DNA from: Patescibacteria group bacterium
Lineage (GTDB): Bacteria; Patescibacteriota; WWE3; JAUXAW01; JAYEID01
Assembly (NCBI GenBank): GCA_034659915.1
Contig: JAYEID010000012.1
Span: 1-59,686 of the forward strand
Length of the DNA stretch: 59,686 bases
Direction of reading: 5' to 3'
Positions within the stretch are counted from its first letter, which is position 1. Each line of letters opens with the position of its first letter. Below, piece after piece: positions 35,167 to 45,479 of the stretch. The position numbers and the translations under genes were made by a program. The notes beneath the pieces are model-generated. The model saw only the letters and a program-made list of their open reading frames with translations. It was not told where the DNA came from and searched no databases.

Positions 35167-36135
35167 TCAAAAAAAGGATTCCTTGTCAAGCCCTAATATT
35201 ACAACAATATCAGCACGACGTGCCCAATTTATGTCACCGCTTAGTTCCCTAATATCATCAATTCCAAAAGCGTTAGAAAGCCTTCGCACAGTATAAGAAC
35301 TTGAATTACGCGCCAAAATAACAGAATTTTCATAATTCTGTCGTGGTGCGTTAGCTACATCCAAAACAAAGCAGCCCAAATTTTCTGCCCAGGAGGCAGC
35401 ATCCCCTGCCAAACCGCTCACCTTTGTTCCGTTTAATATCAAAACCTTAAACCTTTCGCTTTTTATCCTATTATCAGAACATAAATCATCCAAGGAATCG
35501 GGGCTGAGATCTTCTCCACTTGGAAATATCTCATAGCGCTGGTCTTCCCTAGTACTTAGAAACACTTTTGCTAATTTCATAAACTCAGGAAGGGAGAGAT
35601 TACTCCAAAAATAACCTTTAAAACTTCTTAAATAGTGGGGCATTCTAAACACAGTAGTCCAATCAAAACTCGACCAGTCATTACAATCCCCAGAACTATT
35701 AGCCAATTTCTCCAATGCCGCCTTCTCTACTAAAAAGTAACCTTGAATAGGAATATTCAATTCACGAGAAATTTCTGTCAGAGAAAATGCAACGCCACGT
35801 GAAAGAGAAAATCTCCGAGAAGGTAAGTTTATAACAACTACTCGAGAAAGTTGGGGATTAACATGCAACACAGCCGCCTTCTCCAATGAATTATGGGAAG
35901 AGTCTTTTGCCACGAACCAAGCAAAATTAGCTGGGGAATTACTACTCCAGGAAAAATCCACCTCAATATTGTCACCAGCACGGACAAACGGGTGTTTAAA
36001 AACATGGTAGAGGTAAGAAAATGAATAAACCACACCAGCACCAAACACTACAACCAATGCCATACCTACTACCCGTAATTGCTTCTTAATTCGGCTTGTA
36101 ACCCAAATTTTTTTTCTTGAGCGCGATCTAGACAT
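35167..36135 (-). CDS. membrane-anchored protein with a LytR_C (LytR/CpsA/Psr C-terminal) domain
   Basis: TM helix near the N-terminus. The C-terminus KVLILNGTKVSGLAGDAASWAENLG...VILARNSSS fits the LytR_C pattern. Confidence 0.6.
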   Translation of the reverse strand: MSRSRSRKKIWVTSRIKKQLRVVGMALVVVFGAGVVYSFSYLYHVFKHPFVRAGDNIEVDFSWSSNSPANFAWFVAKDSSHNSLEKAAVLHVNPQLSRVVVINLPSRRFSLSRGVAFSLTEISRELNIPIQGYFLVEKAALEKLANSSGDCNDWSSFDWTTVFRMPHYLRSFKGYFWSNLSLPEFMKLAKVFLSTREDQRYEIFPSGEDLSPDSLDDLCSDNRIKSERFKVLILNGTKVSGLAGDAASWAENLGCFVLDVANAPRQNYENSVILARNSSSYTVRRLSNAFGIDDIRELSGDINWARRADIVVILGLDKESFF

Positions 36136-36175
36136 GGGCAGGTTAAAAATCAGGTAAAGTGCTTACTACAACAAA

Positions 36176-36877
36176 TTAAACTACTAATCCCTCTAAAACG
36201 TCCAAAAGTTCTTCCGGTAAGCCTATTTCAAAATATTCAAATTCCCCTGTTTCGGGATGCCGAAAACGGAGGGAAAAGGCATGCAAAAACAAACGGGGAC
36301 ACCACTCTTTGTCACGGCGAAAGCGCTTATCACCACTATACAAGGGATCACCAACTAGAGCGTGGTTAAAAGCAGCAAGGTGTACACGCAACTGATGTGT
36401 TCGACCCGTTTTTGGATAAAGCTCCAAAAGCGTAAAGTGCTTGCCACCCTTTTCAAAATATTTTTGCACAACAAACTCCGTAACTGCAGACCTACCCCCT
36501 TCTACCACTGCCATTTTCCTTCTCTGCTTCGGGTTTCTATCAATAGGTGCGTCTATAACACCCCGTTCAGGCTTAACCTTACCATAAGACAAAGCAAAAT
36601 AGCCTTTTTCCACCTCCCTATTCTTAAACTGACTAAGCAACTTCTCAAATGCCTTTTCTTTTTTTGCTATTAATAGCAACCCTGAAGTGTCTTTGTCCAA
36701 ACGGTGCACAATCCCCGCCCTCCCACCAATACCATTATCAGCAAGGGAAAAATACTTACGCAACTGGTCCTCCAGCGTATCTCCTTCCCAAGTATCACTT
36801 CGATTAACAACCAAACCCGAAGGCTTGTTTACCAACAAAATAGACGGGTCTTCATAAACAACAAACATTATAAACAA
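36176..36877 (-). CDS. RluA-family pseudouridine synthase
   Basis: KPSGLVV...HRLDKDTSGLLLIAK catalytic motif and C-terminal HQLRVH. Confidence 0.85.
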   Translation of the reverse strand: MFIMFVVYEDPSILLVNKPSGLVVNRSDTWEGDTLEDQLRKYFSLADNGIGGRAGIVHRLDKDTSGLLLIAKKEKAFEKLLSQFKNREVEKGYFALSYGKVKPERGVIDAPIDRNPKQRRKMAVVEGGRSAVTEFVVQKYFEKGGKHFTLLELYPKTGRTHQLRVHLAAFNHALVGDPLYSGDKRFRRDKEWCPRLFLHAFSLRFRHPETGEFEYFEIGLPEELLDVLEGLVV

Positions 36878-36887
36878 ATCGCATCAG

Positions 36888-37967
36888 CTAGGAAATAAAC
36901 TTGTCCGCCTTTTCAGCACATTCTTTGCACATAGTTGCTGCAGGATAAGCTCGAAGTCTTTGAGGATCTATCGTCTTGCCGCATCTCTCACATTCGTGGT
37001 AATTTCCCCCTTGCAACCTACTTAAAGCCTTGTCAATTTGGCTACCAAATCGATGCAAAAAATCAGACATTACCTCTACATACTCATGACTTAGAAGCTC
37101 CTCAGCCTCATCACCACTTTCAGCATTATCATCTTCTCTCCCTTCCCTAAAAAATTGATCACCCTGCCTAAGTTGGGTTGTTTCTTTCATAATCTCGTCC
37201 TTCTCGCTTCTTAGCCAATCCCGCAGCTGATTAGATATATCCTCAAGACTTACCTTCTCCTCTTCCCCAAATTTATCCTTACCACTCAGCACACGGTAAC
37301 CCAACAACAAACCACACACTACCATAACAGAAGAAGCTGCCTTTTGAAAAGTAAACAAGCTATCCCCTGAATATAAACTATAAAAATCAAAAACTAAACT
37401 AACTAAGCCCGACCCCACCAAATAAAAAGAAGTTAATGCACCTACCCTAACAGATCCAAAGAGGTTAAAGAATCGCTGCCGCTCAACAACCAAAGCAAGC
37501 ACGAAAAGAACTATATACGCCAAAATTTCAACCCAAATGTGAGGAACAACTAAGCGAGATACCAAAACACCAACAGACCCAAAAGCCTGTCCCAATAAAA
37601 GAGGGGGAACAGCTAAGTCAGCTAGCTTTAGAACAGACCACCCCTTACGCCTAACAAAAAGGTAAAAAGAACCGGCACCAAAAGCAAAACCACCAAGAAA
37701 ATTTAACCCCGAGCCCAATGAACGAAAAACGTCGCTCCAATTGCTCTTAAAAACTGAAAAGTTTATAGCAATAAAAACCAACCTTGCCCCAAAAATTCCA
37801 GCTACAAGACTAATTAAAGAAAGGTCCAATATCTTCTCTTCATCAAAACCCTCTTCCCTAGCCCGCTGCCAAAAAAGAAAAGCTCCCAAAAATACCCCTA
37901 GAGCTAGAAGAATTCCCTGGTAATAAATTGTTACTGGTCCAAGATGTAGAAAAACGGGATCAATCAT
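36888..37967 (-). CDS. fusion: Lgt-like (prolipoprotein diacylglyceryl transferase-like) membrane domain plus C-terminal DksA/TraR C4 zinc finger
   Basis: The N-terminus GPVTIYYQGILLALGVFLGAF...LVAGIFGARLVFI is Lgt-like. The C-terminus IDKALSRLQGGNYHECERCGKTIDPQRLRAYPAATMCKECAEK is the DksA/TraR finger. Confidence 0.65.
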   Translation of the reverse strand: MIDPVFLHLGPVTIYYQGILLALGVFLGAFLFWQRAREEGFDEEKILDLSLISLVAGIFGARLVFIAINFSVFKSNWSDVFRSLGSGLNFLGGFAFGAGSFYLFVRRKGWSVLKLADLAVPPLLLGQAFGSVGVLVSRLVVPHIWVEILAYIVLFVLALVVERQRFFNLFGSVRVGALTSFYLVGSGLVSLVFDFYSLYSGDSLFTFQKAASSVMVVCGLLLGYRVLSGKDKFGEEEKVSLEDISNQLRDWLRSEKDEIMKETTQLRQGDQFFREGREDDNAESGDEAEELLSHEYVEVMSDFLHRFGSQIDKALSRLQGGNYHECERCGKTIDPQRLRAYPAATMCKECAEKADKFIS

Positions 37968-38302
37968 ATAGAAAAAGGTTGCTTAACCTAGCCTTGTCCC
38001 GACTCGCCGTATTCGCAACCCATCAAGTCTTAAAAGATACAGGTCCTTCGCACAAGGTTACGGGCGACACCCCTTCTTCTAAACTCGCTTTGTCCCGACC
38101 TGTCGGGACCGAAGCTCGTTAAGAATGAAGCGCCGTAAATATCTTGCCACTTATGCCGTCCAATTTCGAACGCTCGCTAAAGCAGGTTAAATCACGTTAA
38201 GTTCGAAGGAAACGTGAAATCCCTCGCGGGATTAACGTCCCACTGTGAAAATTAACGAATCGGTTTCGGACTACGTCCTTACCTCTTCGAATTTTCACGT
38301 GA

Positions 38303-38390
38303 TGGTGCCGCGGGAGGGATTCGAACCCTCACGGAGGGTGGCTCCAGCGGTTTTTGAGACCGCCCTGTCTGCCAATTCCAGCACCGCGGC
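38303..38390 (-). tRNA. tRNA-Leu (anticodon CAA), CCA encoded
   Basis: Minus strand reads GCCGCGGTG...CTCAAAA (anticodon loop)...long variable arm GGAGCCACCCTCCGT...GGGTTCGAATCCCTCCCGCGGCACCA. Cloverleaf checked by hand. Confidence 0.9.
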
Positions 38391-38434
38391 ATGCCTTTAT
38401 TTTACCACAAAAACACTACTATTACAGCCAAATG

Positions 38435-39757
38435 TTACCGATCTTCTGCTTCATAAAAACGGGTTCGTTCTCCCCGGAAATACAAGGGTACTTCCCCAGT
38501 AGGGCCGTTTCTCTGCTTAGCAATTGAAAGCCGCACATCTGCTCTATTATCAGGATCAGGACGGTACAAAAACATCACTACATCCGCATCCTGCTCAATT
38601 GATCCCGAAGCTCTAAGGTCGGAAAGCTGCGGACGAGCATCTGTTCTAGATTCTACTGCCCGTGACAACTGGGAAAGAGCAAGAACAGGAGCATTGAGCT
38701 CTCTAGCCATATTTTTAAGAGCCTGAGAAATTTCCGAAACCTCTTGGACCCGATTCTCCAATCCCCTGCCCTGAGCCAACTGCAAATAATCCACCACAAT
38801 CAAGCGCACCCCGTGCTCTAATTGTAATCGACGTGCTTTTATCCTCATCTCAACTACATTCGCGCCCGGAGTATCGTCAATAAAAATAGGAGCCTCTGCC
38901 AGCTCTCCCATTGCCCTCCCAATTCTCTCAAAATCATCTTCCTCCAAATTCCCTGTTGTCAACCTCCAACCATCAACGTCTGCCTGTGAAGCTAACAACC
39001 GGCAAACAAGCTGCTCTTTTGACTGCTCCAAGGAAAAAAAACCAACTGGAATCTCATCGTTTACTGCAGCATACTGGGTAATATTCAACGCTAGGCTTGT
39101 CTTTCCTACGCTAGGGCGCGACGCCAAAACAACCAGATGCGAATCTTGCAATCCCGCTAACATCTCGTCCAAAGAGGGCAAACCAGTAGGAACACCCCGA
39201 AGCTGCTCTGGATTACGGTGTAATTCGTCCAGCTTGTCAAACGCCTCCTCTAAAATACCTCTTACTGGGGAAAAATCCTGCGCAACTTGGTCCCGAGAAA
39301 TGGAAAATAACCGTTGCTCAGCCTGATCCAAAAGGTCACTAGCTTCTTCCTCTTCCTCATACACTGATTCCTGAATTCGAGCAGCTGCTGATATCAATCC
39401 ACGCTTAATAGCGCATTCTTTAACAATTGTTGCGTGATGAGCTGCATGCGCACTTGTTGGAACAGAATTTACTAACTCAGCCAAATATGCAGCCCCGCCT
39501 ACATCTTCCAACTTGCCTTTCTTCCGTAATTCATTAGTCACAGTAATCATATCCAAGGGTTCCCTTCTCTCAAAAAGGGAATAAATTGCCTCAAAAATAT
39601 CTCCATGTTTTTTACTGTAAAAGTGAGAAGGTTTGAGAAATTCAATAACGTCAACAACTGCGTCCTCATCCAAAAGCAGCGCACCTAAAACTGATTTCTC
39701 AGCATCTAAATTTTGGGGCGGAAGTCTTTCTGCCATGTAATAAATCTTCTTGTGCAA
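38435..39757 (-). CDS. dnaB: replicative DNA helicase DnaB
   Basis: PPQNLDAEKSVLGALLL N-terminus, Walker A ASRPSVGKTS, IVVDYLQL, SQLSR. The alternative start MAERL is at 39736. Confidence 0.92.
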   Translation of the reverse strand: MHKKIYYMAERLPPQNLDAEKSVLGALLLDEDAVVDVIEFLKPSHFYSKKHGDIFEAIYSLFERREPLDMITVTNELRKKGKLEDVGGAAYLAELVNSVPTSAHAAHHATIVKECAIKRGLISAAARIQESVYEEEEEASDLLDQAEQRLFSISRDQVAQDFSPVRGILEEAFDKLDELHRNPEQLRGVPTGLPSLDEMLAGLQDSHLVVLASRPSVGKTSLALNITQYAAVNDEIPVGFFSLEQSKEQLVCRLLASQADVDGWRLTTGNLEEDDFERIGRAMGELAEAPIFIDDTPGANVVEMRIKARRLQLEHGVRLIVVDYLQLAQGRGLENRVQEVSEISQALKNMARELNAPVLALSQLSRAVESRTDARPQLSDLRASGSIEQDADVVMFLYRPDPDNRADVRLSIAKQRNGPTGEVPLYFRGERTRFYEAEDR

Positions 39758-39771
39758 AATGCAACAGAGGT

Positions 39772-40386
39772 TTACGCCAACTCCAATACTACAACTTCAG
39801 TATCTTCGTCTAATGTAACATTAGACCGTAATTTAAGTTCTTCTCGCCTATCTAACTCCTCACCCATCTCTTCTATAAACTTCTCCACCGCCGCCAAATC
39901 TCTTAAACCATCGTAATCCATTTTGTAATTCATAGGAATAACAATTCCTGGTTCAATTTGAGCCACCACTTCAGCAGCTTTTTCTGGTTCGATTGTTTCT
40001 ACGCCACCCACTGGCACAAAAAGCACACTAGTCTCCCCTACTTCTGCTAACTGCTCATCAGTCAACACATCGTTAATAGGACCAAGATGCATAAAGCTTA
40101 CTCCATCTATAATAAACTGGTAAAAAGTAGCGCCGTTCAGGGTTCCCGCAAGAACATGAATACCCTCTACCTCATACTCTCCAGGACCAGTAGCTACATA
40201 CTTAAAATCGTGCACAGCTTGTACATTGTTATGCGCGGGATCATCCTTCGTTACCAAAACTAAATCTCCCTTCCTTTCCGGTAGGCTTAAACCGCTAACC
40301 TTCTCTGAAAAGGGATCAATAACAACACTACTACGTTTACCTCTTACTTTGAAGCAAAAATGTCCAAAATACTCAACCTTTAACAT
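39772..40386 (-). CDS. MBL-fold metal-dependent hydrolase (UPF0173-like)
   Basis: MLKVEYFGHFCFKV...VVIDPF. The track ORF extends to 40479 without support. Confidence 0.65.
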   Translation of the reverse strand: MLKVEYFGHFCFKVRGKRSSVVIDPFSEKVSGLSLPERKGDLVLVTKDDPAHNNVQAVHDFKYVATGPGEYEVEGIHVLAGTLNGATFYQFIIDGVSFMHLGPINDVLTDEQLAEVGETSVLFVPVGGVETIEPEKAAEVVAQIEPGIVIPMNYKMDYDGLRDLAAVEKFIEEMGEELDRREELKLRSNVTLDEDTEVVVLELA

Positions 40387-40499
40387 GTGTAAAATACATC
40401 TTACCAAAAACTGAACCACCTGAGAAGACCCTGACCCAAATAACCTACCAAGGCAAGTTTTAACCAACATCCGGTACATGGTATGCGCTACGCTTTGCT

Positions 40500-40625
40500 A
40501 GTTACCAGTTTCCGGTTTCTTCTTTCTTATTCGTAGTATATTCGTTGTACGAATAGAATTTATACCTTAATTATTCGCAATGTATTCGCTATCCCAATGC
40601 TTACTACTAACTACTGATTACTAAT
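40500..40625. repeat. composite repeat fragment, copy E (ATTCGN word array)
   Basis: CTTATTCGTAGTATATTCGTTGTACGAATAGAATT..CCTTAATTATTCGCAATGTATTCGCTATCCC matches the reverse complement of 55660-55860. Confidence 0.6.
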
Positions 40626-40656
40626 ACCAGCTTCTTTTTGCTATAATATTGCCAAC

Positions 40657-41922
40657 ATGAGCAAAAGTAATGAAGATTTACAAAATCTAAAGGGTTTTCG
40701 CGACTTCCTTCCCTCAGAAATGAAAATTCGCAAGTATGTGCTAGGCGTCCTAAAGGATGTTTTCACTTCCTATGGATACGAACCGCTAAAAACTCCTTCT
40801 CTAGAATACGCAGAAACTTTACTTGGAAAATACGGTGAGGAAACAGACAAGTTAGTCTATCAATTTACTGATCAGGGAAATCGACAAGTTGCCCTTCCAT
40901 ATGACCTAACAGTACCAACAGCCAAAATCCTCAGTATGTATCAAGCAGAAATACAAATGCCATTCAAGCGCTACCAAATCCAAAGAATATGGCGGGCAGA
41001 GAAACCACAAAAAGGGCGGTACCGCGAGGTTTTACAATGCGATATTGACATTTTTGGAATTGAAAATCAGTTAGCAGATGCGGAAATCATTACCGTTATC
41101 TACCAAGTCTTTTCCAAACTAGATATACCAAATTTTAAAATATTTATTAATTCCCGACCCGCACTATTCAAAATGCTTTCAAAATTGGGTATAGAGCAAA
41201 ACAAATGGTCTACTACTCTTCAGACTCTAGACAAAATTGATCGAAAGACAAAAAGCGAAGTTGAAAAAGAGCTGGTTGAAAAAGGCTACACGAAAAGCAA
41301 GAGTACAAAGATACTAAAAGAATGGAAAGCTCTTTCTCCCCAAGAAAACGATCCAAAGTTAAAAACACTAGAAACTTATCTACAAGCTCTAGGAGTACCC
41401 AAAGAAATTTACGAGTTTACACCTACCTTGGTCCGCGGTTTAGATTATTACACTGGACCAATTTTCGAAACCAAGGTCACAGAACCAGATTTTGGCTCAG
41501 TAACAGGAGGGGGGCGCTACGACAACTTAGTAGAAAAGCTAGGTGGTCCAAAAACACCTGCAGTGGGTACAACAATAGGATTAGATCGAATTTGTGATGT
41601 AATTAAAAAACTAAACCTACTGGAAGGGAAAGTAAAACCATCTGTGGATCTACTCCTAACCATCTTTAATCCCGATCTTCTTGAAAAAACAATTAATATA
41701 GCGCAAGAAATCCGCTCGCAAGGCTTTTCCACCGAACTTTTCCTAGATCCCAACACCGACCTCCGAGATCAGCTAGCCTATGCTAGTAGAAAGGAAATCC
41801 CTTACGTAGGAATTATCGGACCCCAAGAAGCAAAAGAGGAGAAAATTACTCTAAAAAATATGCAAACTGGAGAACAAACCTTGGTAAGTACCAAAAATAT
41901 AGGAAAAACCCTTGAAAGTTAA
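40657..41922 (+). CDS. hisS: histidine--tRNA ligase
   Basis: Class II motifs: GFRDFLP, FKRYQIQRIWRAEKPQKGRYREVLQCDIDIFG, GGGRYDNL. Confidence 0.92.
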   Translation: MSKSNEDLQNLKGFRDFLPSEMKIRKYVLGVLKDVFTSYGYEPLKTPSLEYAETLLGKYGEETDKLVYQFTDQGNRQVALPYDLTVPTAKILSMYQAEIQMPFKRYQIQRIWRAEKPQKGRYREVLQCDIDIFGIENQLADAEIITVIYQVFSKLDIPNFKIFINSRPALFKMLSKLGIEQNKWSTTLQTLDKIDRKTKSEVEKELVEKGYTKSKSTKILKEWKALSPQENDPKLKTLETYLQALGVPKEIYEFTPTLVRGLDYYTGPIFETKVTEPDFGSVTGGGRYDNLVEKLGGPKTPAVGTTIGLDRICDVIKKLNLLEGKVKPSVDLLLTIFNPDLLEKTINIAQEIRSQGFSTELFLDPNTDLRDQLAYASRKEIPYVGIIGPQEAKEEKITLKNMQTGEQTLVSTKNIGKTLES

Positions 41923-41949
41923 GCCCCAACCTCTTATAATCTACAAGGT

Positions 41950-42264
41950 ATGAAAGAAGATTTGCATCCCAAATACTATCCCGAGGCAAAAGTAACTTGT
42001 GCCTGCGGAAATAAATTCACCTTAGGCTCTACTAAGCCAGAGCTAGAGGTAGAGGTATGTTTCGCCTGCCACCCTTTCTACACAGGCAAGAGCAAGTTTA
42101 TTGACAGTGAGGGGCGCGTAGAAAAATTCGAAAGGAAACGAAAGGAGGCAGAACTTCGCGAAAAGGAAGAAAAAGAAAGGGAAAAGAAAGAAAAAGAGAA
42201 AGAAAAGAAAGAAGAAGAACAACCAAAAACACTCAAAGAAATGCTAGAAAGGATAGAAAAATAA
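41950..42264 (+). CDS. rpmE: 50S ribosomal protein L31 with a Lys/Glu-rich C-terminal extension
   Basis: [21 protein letters not shown] core. About 40 extra K/E-rich residues. Confidence 0.9.
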   Translation: MKEDLHPKYYPEAKVTCACGNKFTLGSTKPELEVEVCFACHPFYTGKSKFIDSEGRVEKFERKRKEAELREKEEKEREKKEKEKEKKEEEQPKTLKEMLERIEK

Positions 42265-42998
42265 TGCCTCAGATTTCCCCTAGAAGCAACCGTGCCATTC
42301 TTGAAATAAGAGCAGGTACTGGCGGAACAGAAGCTGGCTTATTTGCCAAGAATTTATGGAATATGTACCTGAATTACGGCAAAAGTAAAGGGTGGAAGTT
42401 TAAAATACTTTCCAAAAGTATTGGAGAACTAAAAAGTGTACGGGAAATTACTGCCGCTATCGCTGGCAAAGATGTCTATCAACTACTTAAAAACGAATCG
42501 GGTGTACACCGAGTCCAAAGAATTCCAAGAACAGAATCCTCAGGAAGAATACACACTTCTACAGCTACTGTAGCTGTACTTCCTGTTATTCCCACTAAAA
42601 AGATCAAGCTTAAACCCAAAAACTTGGAAATAGAAACATACCGAGCATCTGGACCAGGGGGACAATTTGTAAATAAAGTTGAAACAGCAGTTCGAGTTAC
42701 ACACAAACCAACCGGAATAACAGTTGAATCCCAAGATTCCCGCACCCAGCAAAAAAACAAAGAGAAAGCTCTAAGTCTTCTCAGAATGAAACTCGCACAC
42801 TTGCTAAGGGAACAAAAGAAAGAAAAGATTGACGATCTTAGGCGTTCCCAGATTGGTAGCGCCGAGCGTTCCAGAAAAATAAGAACCTACAACGTCCCAC
42901 AAGACCGGGTCACCGACCACCGCATTAACAAATCCTGGCGCAATTTAGAAGGAATACTTGAAGGAGATATCGAAGAAATTCTTGCTGCTACCTCATAG
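42264..42998 (+). CDS. prfA: class I peptide chain release factor lacking N-terminal domain 1 (RF1-like)
   Basis: Starts at the equivalent of ILEIRAGTGGTEA. RVQRIPRTESSGRIHTSTATVAVLP and the GGQ motif RASGPGGQFVNK are present. The ATG overlaps the rpmE stop (ATAATG). Confidence 0.8.
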   Translation: MPQISPRSNRAILEIRAGTGGTEAGLFAKNLWNMYLNYGKSKGWKFKILSKSIGELKSVREITAAIAGKDVYQLLKNESGVHRVQRIPRTESSGRIHTSTATVAVLPVIPTKKIKLKPKNLEIETYRASGPGGQFVNKVETAVRVTHKPTGITVESQDSRTQQKNKEKALSLLRMKLAHLLREQKKEKIDDLRRSQIGSAERSRKIRTYNVPQDRVTDHRINKSWRNLEGILEGDIEEILAATS

Positions 42999-43027
42999 CT
43001 AACATTCTAACCAAGTCGGCAAAAAAG

Positions 43028-44155
43028 CTAATCAGTGGGAGCCTCTACCAACTCAGCCTTGAGCGTGATTTCATTACCATTTCGATATACTTCCATAGTT
43101 ATCTCATCCCCAACCGACTTTTGAGCAATAATTTCAGCAAGAGTCTGATTTTCATTCACTGCAGTATTATCAATCTTTGTAATAATATCAGAGGGCTGCA
43201 ACCCAGACTCCTCAGCAGGAGAAGCTGCAACAACTTCCCTCACATAAGCGCCTTCAGGTAAATCCCGTGTTTCTGCTATTTCTGAACTAATTATTACATA
43301 GCTAATACCCAAAAACGGACGAACAATTCGCCCGTGTTTTTCAAAATTTTCCAAGGTTGGCTTTACAGTATTAACAGGAATAGCAAAACCAATATTTTCC
43401 GCACCTTGCGTCATTGCTACATTTATTCCCACAACCTCAGCAGACAAATTGAGCAAAGGACCACCAGAATTACCAAGATTAAGCGCTGCATCAGTTTGAA
43501 TAACATCTTCTAATAGCTGAGCAGTTCCACCAAAAGGGTCAGTAGCAGCTGTAATTCCACGACCAATTCCCGAAACTATTCCACTTGTTACAGCATTAGG
43601 AAATTCACCCAAAGCGTTTCCAATAGCTACCACTTTCTGCCCAACCCTTAATGCGTCCGAGTCACCAAGTTGCAATGATTCCAAACCCTGCGCATCTATC
43701 TTCAAAATTGCTAAATCGTTAAAAGCATCTCGATAAATATCCTGAACCTGATACTCCTCGTCATTATCCAAAACCACAGTATAGCTAGCAGAACTATCCG
43801 AAACCACATGCCGGTTAGTTAAAATAAGACCATCCGAATCTACTATAAAACCAGTACCGACCCCGCCCTCGATTTTCTCTGGTCCTGTTACTGGATTCCA
43901 ACTTACCTTACCCACTAAAATAGAAACAACCGACGGGCGGGCTGCTTCCACTACATCTATTATTGCAGTCTCTTCACTAACAACCTCTCTTTCAACTCTC
44001 GTGGTTACCAGTGGTTCTTGCTGAGACAATGAAGAAAAAATTGCACTAATCTGGTATCCCCCCAGCCGAAAAGCAAGTGCAATTCCTAAAACAACCAAAA
44101 GAATAGTTGCTAATGCTGTATTAAAAATTAAAAAACAGGAATGCCGTTCTTTCAT
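43028..44155 (-). CDS. HtrA/DegP-type trypsin-like serine protease with PDZ domain
   Basis: TNRHVV (His), DLAILKI (Asp), GNSGGPLLN (Ser) and a C-terminal PDZ. Confidence 0.9.
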   Translation of the reverse strand: MKERHSCFLIFNTALATILLVVLGIALAFRLGGYQISAIFSSLSQQEPLVTTRVEREVVSEETAIIDVVEAARPSVVSILVGKVSWNPVTGPEKIEGGVGTGFIVDSDGLILTNRHVVSDSSASYTVVLDNDEEYQVQDIYRDAFNDLAILKIDAQGLESLQLGDSDALRVGQKVVAIGNALGEFPNAVTSGIVSGIGRGITAATDPFGGTAQLLEDVIQTDAALNLGNSGGPLLNLSAEVVGINVAMTQGAENIGFAIPVNTVKPTLENFEKHGRIVRPFLGISYVIISSEIAETRDLPEGAYVREVVAASPAEESGLQPSDIITKIDNTAVNENQTLAEIIAQKSVGDEITMEVYRNGNEITLKAELVEAPTD

Positions 44156-44203
44156 AAATCTTAATCAAGTATAACACAGGAAAATCCTAACAGAAGTTAC
44201 CTT

Positions 44204-45430
44204 TTATTCCCGCAACAGTTGCTTTGCTTTCTCTAGATGGGGGTCTCGGTCCTGCTCTATATCTTGTTCTTCAATTTCAATTTCAAAATCAGGACTTAAA
44301 CCCTCCCCTTCTACACAAGTACCGTTGGGAGTTAGCCATCTAGCTACAGTTATATGAACACCTGAACCATCATCTAAGTCACGCGCATCTTGCACTGTCC
44401 CTTTACCAAAAGTTTGCCTACCTACTAATACAGCTCCTTGGTGATACTTCAAAGCAACTGCCAAAATTTCTGAAGCAGATGCCGAACCGCGATTTACCAA
44501 CACCACTACTGGAACACCAGCAAGCCTTGCTGCTCTAGTACTAGTAAAATCTGTTTCTGGACCTTCTGCAAACTGCTCTTTAATTATAACACCATTATCA
44601 ATAAAATCTGATGCTATTTCTATGGAAGCAGTAAGAACACCCCCCGGATTGTTCCTTAAATCCAATACCAAACCTCTGAGATTTGCCTGAGAACTAATTT
44701 CCCTTATTGCAGAATCCCACTCAGATACGGTTTTTTCACCAAATCTTGATACCCGAACATAATATATACCACTTTCCTCCTGACGCCACTTAACGCTTTC
44801 AAGCTCAATAGTTCCTCTTACAATAGAAACCTCGCGAGCCTCTTCCTCATCTTCTCCCAATAAAGTCAGCACCACCTCTGTACCTGCCTTTCCCCTAATC
44901 TTTGCCACAGCCTCCGACAGCGTAAGATCGCTTGTATCCTTTCCATCAATTTCCAAAATCCTGTCTCCTGCCCTAACCCCAGCAGCCTCAGCAGGAGATC
45001 CCTCAAGAGGAGAGATTATAAGAAGCTGACCCTCACGCATACCCAGTTCAGCACCAATACCCTCATATTCACCATCAATACCTGCCTTAACTGCCTCATT
45101 TTCTGTCGGAGTTAAAAAGGCTGTGTACGGATCACCTGTAGCTTTTGTCAAGCCGGAAATTGCTCCGTAAATTAGATCCTGGGTAACTAACTCATTCCGA
45201 TTCAAGTGATACTTGTAAAGGAGATCCCAAACTTTCCAAAACAAATCAAGGTCGGCACGACTCCTACCTACGCTTTCATTCTGCCTAGAAAGGCTAACAA
45301 CACTATCTAGCCACGTGTTTCTTACCTGGTTAAATTTACCAGAACCAAGGCAATGACCAACCCAAAAGGTAAAAAGGGAAAAAACTAAAGAAAGGAAAAC
45401 TAATCTACGGTATTTAGAAGACATAAACAA
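44204..45430 (-). CDS. S41 carboxy-terminal processing peptidase
   Basis: PDZ followed by LDLRNNPGG and VNRGSASASEI. Confidence 0.88.
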   Translation of the reverse strand: MFMSSKYRRLVFLSLVFSLFTFWVGHCLGSGKFNQVRNTWLDSVVSLSRQNESVGRSRADLDLFWKVWDLLYKYHLNRNELVTQDLIYGAISGLTKATGDPYTAFLTPTENEAVKAGIDGEYEGIGAELGMREGQLLIISPLEGSPAEAAGVRAGDRILEIDGKDTSDLTLSEAVAKIRGKAGTEVVLTLLGEDEEEAREVSIVRGTIELESVKWRQEESGIYYVRVSRFGEKTVSEWDSAIREISSQANLRGLVLDLRNNPGGVLTASIEIASDFIDNGVIIKEQFAEGPETDFTSTRAARLAGVPVVVLVNRGSASASEILAVALKYHQGAVLVGRQTFGKGTVQDARDLDDGSGVHITVARWLTPNGTCVEGEGLSPDFEIEIEEQDIEQDRDPHLEKAKQLLRE

Positions 45431-45479
45431 ATAAGACGCGGCAACCTGTATTAGCTAAAGCTACGAATAAAAAACAAAA

